DNA of 64,000 nucleotides from Paramecium tetraurelia (Eukaryota): NCBI GenBank assembly GCA_000165425.1, contig CT868352.1, positions 124,001 to 188,000 of the forward strand, read 5' to 3'. Shown piece by piece: positions 1 to 11,531 of this stretch (position 1 is its first letter; each line of letters starts with the position of its first letter). The notes under the pieces were generated by a model. It saw only the letters and a program-made list of their open reading frames with translations, ran no database searches and was not told where the DNA came from. The position numbers and the translations under genes were made by a program.

Positions 1-1344
1 GATTAGGTGGGAAATCCAAAGGCATTTTAGTAATATCCTTCTTTTTGTATGTTTGATTGAGAGGTAAAATTCTATTGATTGTGTAGTGAATGCTTTCTGG
101 GTTCTTTCTCATTTCAGGGGGTACTTTACAAACTAATTTAGGGTTTTTGAATCTATGAATTGGTTTATTGATGAGAATACTCATCCAAGCATTCATCCTG
201 ATTCTTCTGTCTTCTAAGATGACATTCTAAAGATGATAAAATTTGAATCTATTATAATAATCTGTTTCTAATTCCTAAAACAGTAGTTGAATCATTTCCT
301 TAGTGTAATGATTAGGTTCATTAAGATCAATGGTTTCAATCATGACATTAGCAGCATTACCCTTCTCACTATAAAGTAATTCTAAGATTTCTTATTTATT
401 CATCTCTTTGGCTAAAGTGTTTAATTCTTGATCAGTCATAATATGCTACATATTCCTGCCTCCTTGTAAATGAGCGTAACCATTACAATGGAATTGGCAC
501 TTTTCACACAATGACTAATAGATCTATTTAATGTCTTCTTCCTTCAATAGTCTAATAGGTGGTAATTGAACTCTTTATGGCAATTGTGTTTTAGTTGCTG
601 TAGTTGGTTAGGGTCTGATTTTGATTCCTAATTTAGTTTATTCCGAGGCAATGAGTGATTCTCTGACACCTTCCAAATGCTCTTTTCCTACTAATGCACA
701 TTCTCTGCATAGACATTGATCAACACTATGATAATTGACACATGGGCCATAAATAGCAAAGATGTCCAGTCTTTCTAATGCATTTGAATGTTCTAAATTG
801 GGAGGGTAAAGAAATTTGAACAGGGTTTCTAAGGAGACTAACATTTTATCGAATTTGAAATCAGGTATTTTCTGAGGAATTGGGAATTTGAAAATGTCTC
901 TTTCTTTGTTGGCAGAGAATGGATCATCGCTTCCATGAAATTCATTTTTAATTATTGATGTACCATATATTCCTCTTAAGGATTATGGATCTGCCTTTTT
1001 AGCCTCGATAGGATCTTTATTTCCAATCATCTTCTTCCATACCAAAATAGGATTTTCAGTTTCATGACATAAAAGAAACATTACACATTCTCCTGATAAC
1101 ATATATGTCATAATCTCATCCATATACTTTTGTTATTTGTAAAACAGATTCAGTACTTCTTCTCTGTAGAGTTCTCTCAATAGATAATTGTTAAACACTA
1201 TACTTGAACAAAGTTTTTAATTGTTAATCCAGCTGCTTCAATTTTATTAACCACTTCCTATACTACATTAGGTTTAAGAGTAGTGTCAGGTTTAATCAAT
1301 GCAAATGTATACGGCAAATTCTCTTGTTTTGGATCAAACAACAT
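1..1344 (-). CDS. Nucleoside diphosphate kinase (NDK) domain protein with long C-terminal extension; runs off the window edge
   Basis: Ciliate-code translation begins MLFDPKQENLPYTFALIKPDTTLKPNVVQEVVNKIEAAGL and contains IYGTSIIKNEFHGSDD. These match the NDK motifs TFALIKPD and N-x-x-HGSD (catalytic His). Confidence 0.8.
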
Positions 1345-1380
1345 GAATTTATTATTTATATATATATATATTAATTACAC

Positions 1381-2869
1381 TCATTTGTATCTGGATTTAC
1401 GCAATCTCTCCACATGGATGTTAATAAATTGTTTAGGAGATAATTATTGTTGATGAGAAGAACACTGAGAAAAATATGATGATCCCTATTATATATTCCC
1501 TTCACTTCTTTCAGTTTTCAAAATATTCCTTAGACGATTGAAATTCGTTCCTAGTCTCGACTATAGAGGAGGAGGCTTCTGATTTTAGGGCATCAACTTA
1601 ATGTAGTGCGGAATCTAAATTGGAATAAGACAATTAGAATGTGTGATTGGAGGATTTAATTAGAAACGATGACTAAGGGAAATTTATCTGGTTGAATGAA
1701 ATCGAGTTATTTCAGAATCTAAATTGTTGTCTCTCTTCTTTGCCACTGGACAACAAAGTAAAAGAGATTCTGTGGCTTTTCTCCTCAACAAAATCTATTT
1801 CGATTATCTCTAGGCTTTCTGATCAGATTGCTCTGAACATGCCAATTTCAAATTATGAATCTCCAAGGTTGACATAAACTACTATGCACTCAATGTTCTA
1901 AGCACAGTCTCATTGCTTTTACAAATAGCTTTCTAGGTTCTCCGAATTCCTTTTAGTACTTCTTCCTCTCCGAAAATAGCTCCCTTTGTCATCAAAGAAA
2001 TCACTATCCTTTACCAGCTATTCAATTGATACGATAACTCCACTTCCCCACTTATTATAAAATATACTGAGTGTGATTCTTCATTCTCTTTGTATATTGT
2101 ACTATTCAATTGAGGTGTGAACTCAATCATCTAATGCATCAACTATGTTAAGTGCTAATCTGGAATCCCATGCAAATATGAGATATTTTCAAAAAAAGCT
2201 AATTATTACTTTAGAATAGAATTATGGTGTTCATACAAAATACGATCAAAAGCATTTTTATGTAATATCATAAAATGACAATCTGTGTAACAGAGAATTG
2301 TGGCAGTTCTTTTGGATTTTGTTATTAAGGCATAATCTCCAAAAGTATCACCAGCAGTAAGATTTCTCACTTTGACGAAGTCTTGATAAGCTACCTGCAA
2401 AAACTCATCAAAGTCACTAAATTAATTTGACTTCTCATTTTCTATTCTTTACTGCAATTCCTATATTGTAACCCTACCATATTTGAGATCATCCTAGACG
2501 TGCGGTTTTGGTAATAGTACATTGACTTATCCCTTAAGAATGATATAAAATGTGGATCCCATATCACCTATGCTTGAGATGGCAACAAAATACCATAATT
2601 AAAAACTGTATCGTATTATTAGACATACTGGTAATCGAGGTTCTTGAATATTTAGGTATAAAGGTAGAGAGGGAGTTTAGCTTTCTATTCTTCGAAGAAT
2701 TTAAAATTGCCGAAATTTTTCATTAGGAATTCCAACTCAGTTTTAAGGAGATCCCCTCGCTTCAATAAATCAATTGTTATCTGAAAGGTTTAAGAGAGTA
2801 AAATACTTCGTAATTGTTGTTATCGCGATCTGCGATGGAATTCAATTTTCTTTTGATTGATTTTAGCAT
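1381..2869 (-). CDS. Cyclic-nucleotide-binding domain protein
   Basis: Contains GSTFYIILKGQV and GDTFGDYALITKSKRTATILCYTDCHF (phosphate-binding cassette). Tiny introns; TGA at 1381-1383. Confidence 0.8.
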
Positions 2870-2882
2870 ATAAATATAATAA

Positions 2883-4267
2883 ATGAATATTTTTGCTCAA
2901 TTTTGTGCAACCATGGGAGCTGAGACTAAATTTGAGAAAGTAAGCACTCAAACCTATACACACTAAAGGCCAGAATCGCTGCTACTTACACCAATGCGAA
3001 TCCCCCAAGAGAAGAGGATATTAGATAGATTCTAGCTACACTTTCAGGAGAAGACTTACAAACAAATGCTTAGACAGCGTATGGTTCCTTAGTGAGAAAG
3101 TTGAAATTATAAAACAACGATGAGAATGGTTGGATGATGATCATAAAATCTTTGATAATCATAGATAGGTATTGGGTCAAAAAAATTGAGGTGCGTGAGT
3201 GATCGTATCTTACTTAAAGAATTTCAGGAGTTAGATTTGCCTTTGGTGGAATGTCGATAAGAGAGGGACATCAAAAATAAGTAATTACTAATTAACGAAT
3301 TAATATCCAAATATTATCATTACATCAAATTCAAGGCACTCAAACTCAGAAACTCTACCTCACTCACTCTATATAAGAAAGAGAAGATCTTGTACTTTAA
3401 TAAAATGCCACTCAAATCAATCTTTGACGAATTGAAAATGATTCTGGAATTGGTCCAAAAAGCATTTGATGTTATTGAAACCAAAAAAAATGGCCATCTA
3501 CGTTTCAAAGTGAATCAATACGTTTTCTTGTTACTCATGAATGACCTATTGAAATATTATGGGTGTGGATTGATTGCATTCAATTTACTCATTAAGAAAG
3601 TTCAAGATTTACAATCTAATGATCTTCTTCAAATAATTGCAATATCCAAATCCATGGTAAATTTCGGCAATAAGTTCGAGGAGTTCATCCATCAATGCGG
3701 ATACATAGAAGGCTTCGAGAATGTCAAATTAGATTATAAGGTGCCACAATATTAATTAATAGGTAAATGATGATGTTGTGAATTTGGTTACTTAATACCT
3801 AGATCAAATTGAAATCTCTAATGGAACCAAATAGATAAAACTCAATCATTACAACACCTAGGCCGTTATTAAGTTAATCTGTATATATGTGCAATTCCAA
3901 TCATATTAGCTTAACCCAACCCTGATGGCAGCTAATACTTCGGCCCAATTGTGATCAAATAGCCAACTAAAATTCAAATCTATGTCAATACATTTAGAGA
4001 TAAATTTTCTGAGGACTCCTTCCAGAATTTCTCCAACAATTACTCTTCCAAGTATTCTCATTTATCATAACACTCATCAGATACGTTCCTATTCCTGAGA
4101 CCTTCAAGAAACTGCCTGAAATCACATTAGAAGAAGATATCGATTTCTTATAAAAGGTTGAAGAAGATCAAAATAAGTTCCATGTCAGAGATACAATTAA
4201 TTTGCTCTATCCTGATCCTTTTGATGACAAAATATTTACTCAATTTAAAAACATTTTTAATTAGTGA
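2883..4267 (+). CDS. ANTH/ENTH-like domain protein (clathrin adaptor-like)
   Basis: Reads ARIAATYTNANPPREEDIRQIL...WMMIIKSLIII, followed by a helical region. Several GT..AG mini-introns; TGA at 4265-4267. Confidence 0.55.
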
Positions 4268-4331
4268 GTTATCATTTTTATATTTAATATATATAAAATT
4301 ATTATAAAAACAACTTTTTCAATTTAAATTT

Positions 4332-5404
4332 ATGAACTAAAAAATAAATAGAATAATTATTCAACTAAATGAAAACTTGAAGATCATAATCATCACAAAC
4401 TTCGTGTTATTCTGAGGAAGAACGCATTAAGAAAAACAAACACATTTTATAATCAGGACACACCTAACTCACATCTTGATAAATAACAAATAAATTATCG
4501 TCTTAATGGAATGACTTAAATAATAAACAAAAAGTAAACTTCATCTTATTAATTTAGAAATCAACTAAATTTAATGCCTTTGTTATCTCAATAAGTCCAT
4601 CATCATCTCTAGTTAAACTAATTTATTATCTTCATTATAAGTAAAAATAAAGAAATTACAAAAACTAATAAATGTTAACCAAAACAAACTCAAAAATTCT
4701 ATTTAAATCCAAAACAAAATAGGATTTCTCCTTCAAAAAATCAAGGACCGGCCATTGTGATTTCTGATTCAGAATCATTTAAAATTAATTTGACTTCATC
4801 GTAAGATAAATCTTCCATTCTAAAAGAAAGTCCAATTGTAATTTCTAAGAATAGTTCATAAATAGAAAAGAAGTTAACTAAAGGCCTTGGAAGAAGAATA
4901 AAAAAATTCAAAAAGAGGAATCTAAATAAACATAATAGAGAGTCAAAAGGTTTCAAAAAAACTAAGGAAACCAAATCTAAACTTCCAATTAAAAAATTGA
5001 AATAGTGATGATTAAATTAATTAAATAAGGTAAAATCATATAATTAGACAGTAATAGCTGTTGAGTTTCAACCTGTATTAGTTGTAGATTCTTTAAATTC
5101 AGTCATTAAATAAGACCAGGAATGATATCAAAATGTAAAATTGAATAAGGGTAAGTAGGTTAAGATGAAATCAAAATGTATTGTATCTCACACCTATGGA
5201 ATATTTAATAATGAATTAAATAATTCAGATATTTTGAAGTTTTAATTATTTTTTGAAGTTGAGTTTTTACAAAGAGCTGATGGAAGCACATATTTTATAA
5301 TGGCTGATTATTTTTTTTACGATACTGCTCATTAAGTTTCACTCTTTTGCAAGAACTTGATTTGTAGTATATTTAAAAACATAAAATATATTTACTTAAA
5401 TTGA
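4332..5404 (+). pseudogene. Probable decayed gene; Lys/Ser-rich, with a possible chromo-shadow-like C-terminus
   Basis: One frame reads as coding from 4382 to 5404 but carries TGA at 5006, 5009 and 5123 and is out of frame with the ATG at 4332. The C-terminal part reads IVSHTYGI...LFFEVEFLQRADGSTYF. Confidence 0.35.
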
Positions 5405-5487
5405 TGAATATTATTTGTAAAGAATTTTATAATAATAAATAAAAATCCATACATTTAATAAAGTTATTTCAATTTTATCACTTTATA

Positions 5488-6072
5488 ATGGAAGCTCAAA
5501 TCGGATTTAAAATAATGCCCTACTAAGATCAAATTAACCCTCAAGACCTTTTTGCAAAGTACTCTTAAGCCGCTTCAGATTGGAGTGCAATTTACATATA
5601 AAAAACACCATAACATGCTTTAACTTATATTTATACAAAATATGAACGATTTAAGGAGGTTTGCTTAATGAAATTCAAATTTAATGAGAAAATCAAATTT
5701 ATCCAATTAGATAATGAGAATTTTTCCAAGTCCAATCTTTCTTCTGAAAATAAAGCTTAGATTTCTAAGACAATGTTATTTAGTAACTATGGGATTTAAA
5801 TTGAACAAAATTAGCCATTGATGGACACATTAGGAACATTAAATATTGGTTTGGTAATGGAGGATTCTGAAAAACAGTTTGAATACATTGTGCCCCATAA
5901 TCTAATGCAAGGTGGGGAGTGCTATGAATCAAAAATTCCCATCAGATTTTAGAGACATGAAACAAAAGTATTTAGAACTGTAAAGTTGATTTTTAATGAT
6001 GAATCCAAAGATATAGAAGGTATCTACTAGGATAGAATTCATGAAATCCCTTTAAATTTCCATAATTTATGA
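5488..6072 (+). CDS. 194-aa intronless protein, putative diphtheria-toxin-like (H-Y-E clade) ADP-ribosyltransferase domain
   Basis: Clean ATG..TGA ORF of 195 codons in the ciliate code. Motifs: DWSAIYIQKTPQHALTY, PLMDTLG and KQFEYIVP. The ORF is well supported; the family call is by-eye inference. Confidence 0.6.
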
Positions 6073-6120
6073 ATTGATTTGTAATCATATTTTCATTTTA
6101 TTAAATATTTATTATTAAAA

Positions 6121-6605
6121 ATGTTTGAAAGTTTGAAGAATTGGCTATTTCATGATGATTAAGGAGATTTCGAATAATTTAAATTAATTTCAAAATAACC
6201 CAAGTTAAGATTGCCTCCTAATTTTGCTTAATAAATTCTAGACTTAGAATTAGAATTAGAAAATGAGAAAGTCAATTAAAAAATGGTTAATGATTTATTA
6301 GCTCTATATAAAGTAAATTAAGTTAATTAAGGAAGCTAGGAACAGAATATTATGGTTAGAATGATGACAAGAAATATAAGATATTTACTGAAAAAGCAAG
6401 TAAGCTTTTAATGAAATCAAATGTGTAAAAGGCATTTGAGCCAAGTTAAAAATAGGAATCAAGAGATGCTATATCAACAGCAAGAGAGTTTAATTAAAAT
6501 AACTCCTTAATGAGGTCAATGATAAACAGAGATTTATAAAAATAAGAAGAAAACATATTACAAAGACGTTAAAATAGAAGAGAGATTCTATAATCAAAAT
6601 AGTGA
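6121..6605 (+). CDS. Hypothetical protein with coiled-coil C-terminus
   Basis: Reads MFESLKNWLFHDDQGDFEQFKLISKQPKLRLPPNFAQQILDLELELE. One mini-intron near 6313-6339; TGA at 6603-6605. Confidence 0.65.
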
Positions 6606-7225
6606 TTATGACGATTTTTTACACTAGTTATATTAATTTTATTCTAATTATAGAAATTAGACACGCAATTTAATTATAAATTTATATTTGATATTTTTCA
6701 TAATAATAACTCCTATTGCACTTATTTGCAACTTATAAAAGCTATTCTTTATGAGTTTTTCTTTGAGTAACAATTTTATATGAATATCAAAGCAAATGCT
6801 GTCGAATCAAATTTTAATCATTTAAAAAACCTTATATACAAAAGACTATAATTTACTTAGAGCAAATAGATATAATTTGTAAAATTGAATCATAATCATT
6901 TAGTGAAAGATTAAAATTGATTTCGGAAATTAAAAAAAGATAAATACTAAAGTTATTCATCAATATATGAATATATTTTTTGGCTTTTTTATAATGATGA
7001 ATTAATTATATTATCTTCTCGAAACAACACATTTCAAAATCATGAGATATCGAAAATATTAATATTATCCTTTAAGTAATATTGAGTGATTTAAATCTTA
7101 ACCAAGTAATTTATAAAATCTGATGTTATTTATACTAACAATAATAGTACTAATTTATCGATGTTATTGTAAGTAGAAAATGTAATTAAGAAAAATGATT
7201 TAATTTTTATAAACAAAATTTAAAA

Positions 7226-8230
7226 TCAATTCGTTGCTACATAACCAATTAAAAAACAAATTAAAGCTGAAAAAAAAATGTGTTAGACACCTACATAGAT
7301 TTAACCTTGATTCAAATCTGATTCTTATGATAATAATGATGCTTTTGTTTTTTCAATATTTTAGAGTTCTTCAGATTGTTTATTGAATTCTAGTTACAAT
7401 TAATGTATTTTAAGATTTAATTTTTAGATTTAAGGGTCTTCTTCAAAATCTTTTTCTTAATAATTATGCACTTTTGGTTGTTGTGGTTAATATGGGTATG
7501 TTTAGGGTTTTGGGGGAGGATAATCGAATTGAAAGGTGTTTTATGAATTGGAGGATTGTTTAGATGAAGTTTATTTAGCTTATTAAAATGTAGTTGACGT
7601 AAGAAATCTTTATTCGGAAGCAGATACTCTGCTAACACTTTGTTAGGGATCAGAGTTTGTGTATGAGTTTCTAATTTACTATTGTTTGATTTGTTCACTC
7701 TTTTTCAACAAAGTATTTTATTCGTAAGCAAAATCTTATTGGTTGTATATGCTTTCTTCTATGTTTTTATTTAACGAGATTGATTGATTAACAGTATTAG
7801 ATTATTTTGTTATTTAATTTTAATCGATAGTAATTATTTCTATTTTCATTTTTTCGACAAATGAGCTATTGGAATATGTATCAAAATAAGAGGCCAGTGA
7901 TTTAACATCAGTTTTATTGAAATTTTGATCAGATAGATCCACAGTAAGAACTTGTAATTTTGCATTTGCTAAGTGTATAAAATTGTAAGAATACATTGGA
8001 ATTTTTAACACTTAACTACAATTTTATAGTGTTACCCTGTAAAGGATCCTATGTGTGGCATAACTTAAATGTCTTAGGTATTGTTTGTTCTGATTTTGAA
8101 ACCGCAACAGCTAAGAATTTAATCGATTTTATTACTTGTTTGGTTTGGTGTTATGAAGGGTGAGTGTTCCTACATATTGGCCATCCATTTTGAAGCATTC
8201 TAATCTATCTCCTAGGGGAACAGTAATCAT
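7226..8230 (-). CDS. VAP-like protein: MSP domain, coiled coil and C-terminal tail anchor
   Basis: CGFKIRTNNTQDIQVMPHIG resembles the MSP consensus FK(V/I)KTT..P..G. The protein ends in the hydrophobic segment HIFFSALICFLIGYVATN*. Confidence 0.65.
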
Positions 8231-8276
8231 AAATTAAATTAAAACAAAATATATAATTTCAATTTTGCTTTTAAAA

Positions 8277-10344
8277 TCATTACTCAATAATCTTAAAATC
8301 ACTAGTTGTTCTACGACTATTCCTTCTACTTAGATCATTAAATTAGTTCTTGAGAATTTCTAATTTAGCTAATTCTCTCTTATTTTTGTATTCATTGACC
8401 AACGATGAATGATTTTGTTGAGGCAGAGGCATAAAACTTTTGAAATTGCTATAACATAATCTTTGGAATTCGTTTTCTTAGATTTTCTTTTGTTTAAGAT
8501 CTGGATCTTCAGCTTCATTGTAGTATTCAGTCTTAAAGACTTTAAGAGTGTTGTTATTAACTAATTCATCGCTATGAATGACGACATCCCTATTTTTATT
8601 ATTTTTATTGTCTTTAATCATTTTAGCCACTTTGTTTTGATCTAATTCCAATAATTGAATGTCAGCATTGGCGAAAACATGTTGAGCATAGCCTCCAAAA
8701 ATAAGTATTTTAGAATCAATAGAAACACTTGAATGTCTGCATTTGCCATGTTTTCTAATAATAAATGTAATTCATTACAGTTATTGGATCTATTAAACTT
8801 AAGACCATGAGAATTATTGGATTTGCAATACAAATATATCATTAAGGATATTTCCTTATTTGGAATCATTCCTTCCTCCATAAATGATGATCACATTGGT
8901 TTATCTAAAGTAATTCATAGAATGAGAATATCGAGCTAATGGTGCTTAACCCTAATTAAATAATGCGAATACTTTGGTTTTCATCACTTTTGTGATTTTG
9001 ATCGGTTTGAACCCGAATTGTATAATCCTAAGATCATTAACAGCCTCTCCATTTTACAATCTCCCTCCAAACACATAGATGCCTTCAGTTGTAATCGGCA
9101 AGAAAGACTTCCCCTTTTTTTTGACCCATTCATAACTGAAATAAGGATTTTCCATTTTAACTTCACTCTTGAACATGGCTAAAGAAGTGGCATCGGAGAC
9201 TCCTTCTAATCCCCCAGAATTCTCAATCTAAAACGAAGTCCTTATACATACACTTTGATAATTACCATTTACACGTTTCTAAATTAAGTCCTGCAACATC
9301 TGTCAGGACTTTGCCATAAGAATTGATCCCACCATAAACGATAAAGTATTTTCCAACTACTTCAGCACAATGATTGCGTCTCCCTTCCACTACATCTCCA
9401 TAAGGTTTAAGTTAGATCCAAGTTTTGTCATTTGGTGTAAATATACGAACATCCCCATAGCACTCCCGCATTTTCATTGCATTATTGTATTTTTTCTCTC
9501 CTCCATAAATTATCAATTGTTGCTTATAAAGAGTGGCTGTGTGTCCAAATCGACCCTCCAATGGAACATCCCCTACTCCAGTTCCTATGTCCTTCCATAC
9601 CCATGACTGAGTATTCAGAGTTACAAAAGTTTTGAATAAATCGTTTCCTATTCCACCATACATTATGCATTTATTCAAATTTTGAATGTAAGTAACTGTA
9701 CATCCTTCACGAATTGGTGGTTTCCAATCTGATATTGAGATATGGAACCAAAAAAACTTTAGATTTGTAGTTATCACTTCTTATGATAGAGAGGGCGAAG
9801 AACATTCCTCTTATTATGGTCCTACGTCATCTGCATCAGTGTGATTTATCTTTAAATGAACTAATTTAATTTTCTATTGGTCCTTTTATTCTTGTTTCTG
9901 TATTATCGAATCGGCTACTTCTTTTACAGTCATGTTCCATTTTTACTCAATTCGATTCTTGAACTTCAAGGCTTGACTATGATTGAATTGAAGTCTATTT
10001 TTCAATTGCAATGGACTACTAAGAGTATTGGCCAATTTATCTGCTTGAGTAAGCCAACTTGAATTGGTCCTCATCATCTCATTAAATGTTCGAAAACCTG
10101 TGTCTTCGGATTATGTTTAAAGGAAAATCAATTTGCATTCTCCCTTTGAAATTATATCATCTACTGGAGGCATTGATATTTATTGTGGCTATTTAGCCAT
10201 GGACATGGAGGACTCAGTTTTTAAGACTCGAGATTTTTACTGAGCTCGTTGTCCCTTCGAGGCAGAAGTATCTCTTCCTTCTTTGAGTTCTTTTAATTTT
10301 AGAGAATATTAAATTATTAGACGCTTCCTTTTCTGGGAATCCAT
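8277..10344 (-). CDS. Kelch-repeat protein
   Basis: Kelch repeats PPIREGCTVTY..CIMYGG, GRFGHTATLYKQQLIIYGG and RRNHCAEVVGKYFIVYGG, preceded by a low-complexity N-terminus. Confidence 0.85.
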
Positions 10345-10399
10345 TTTAATATTTACAATAATATTAAATCATTTATTGCTTAATGATAAACAATATTTC

Positions 10400-11298
10400 A
10401 TATTAACTTGTACTGTACTCACTACTAAGGCACTCTTTCCAATATCTGAGGTACTTATCTTATCTTATAAATTGAATTACCATATCATAATTAATACTCT
10501 GATTAAATTAATATTTTATAATGAAATATTGTTTTGCTTATTGATATTATCCAAGGCAGAAGGATCCAAAATCATCAACTTAGTCTTGAGTTCATATGAT
10601 TCAGAAAAACATACTAAATTATAAGGATTTTAATGTATAAGACTTACTTTTACATTTCCGAAGATTTTTCTAACTATCCAGTTAGCAAATACTCCAAAAT
10701 TACGTAGACCTCTTAATGAACTAATGTTATTTCCAATTTCATGCTCCATATTAGAAATCAAGAATAAATGATCAAATAGAAATTCTAACACCTTTGATAA
10801 AAAATCGTATATTAAAAACCCCAATCAAACCATCCTCACTATGTTCACCTCTATTGAATTACCTCTTTTATAGTAATTTGCTAATTTGTTTAAAAGCTTC
10901 ATGGAATAATTTCAGATTACTTGGGGATGATGAAATTGGCTTAAGAAAATACTGTAGATCACAATCCAGTGTACCAAATATTATTTTACCTCTCTGCTTA
11001 ATTATTTAGGGGTGACCTTCAAATTTAAAAATTTAATAAACGACTAAATTTCTTTTTTAAGCATTCTTTAATGTCTGGATATTTTTTATTTCAGTGAAGA
11101 AATGTCAATGTTAAGTATCTTTGGATTTGAAAAAAGTGAATTCAAAAAGAATCTCTATTCTTTACATTTTGATTAAGAATTGATCTCAATACATTAATCT
11201 CCTTTAAATTTAAAAAAAGGTGAGTATAAAAAAATAGCATCAATGTAAGTGAATCCAAATTATAAATTAGTTTCATGATAGTTATAGTGATTGTTCAT
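10400..11298 (-). pseudogene. Possible degenerate gene remnant(s), family unassigned
   Basis: About 1.1 kb gap between genes containing coding-like patches (LEFLFDHL...HEIGNNI...FANWIVRKIFG) and an intron-like GTAAGT..TTTAG. TGA codons or frameshifts interrupt every frame tried. Confidence 0.25.
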
Positions 11299-11531
11299 GT
11301 TTTTTAAGGTCATCGAAATTGATTAATGCAATCTTATCATTGATATAATGTAGGAGATATGTTTATTTTAGTAGTTGATGGAATAATAATTATTATTAAT
11401 ATAATAATAGTTAATGCGTCGTTAAGTAGTAATAATTATTTGAGTGTCGTAAGAATGTCTTTCAAAATGGATAAAATAAATTAAGATTATCATTTAAATT
11501 ATATTATCGTTTTAAGACAACTTATTAAATA

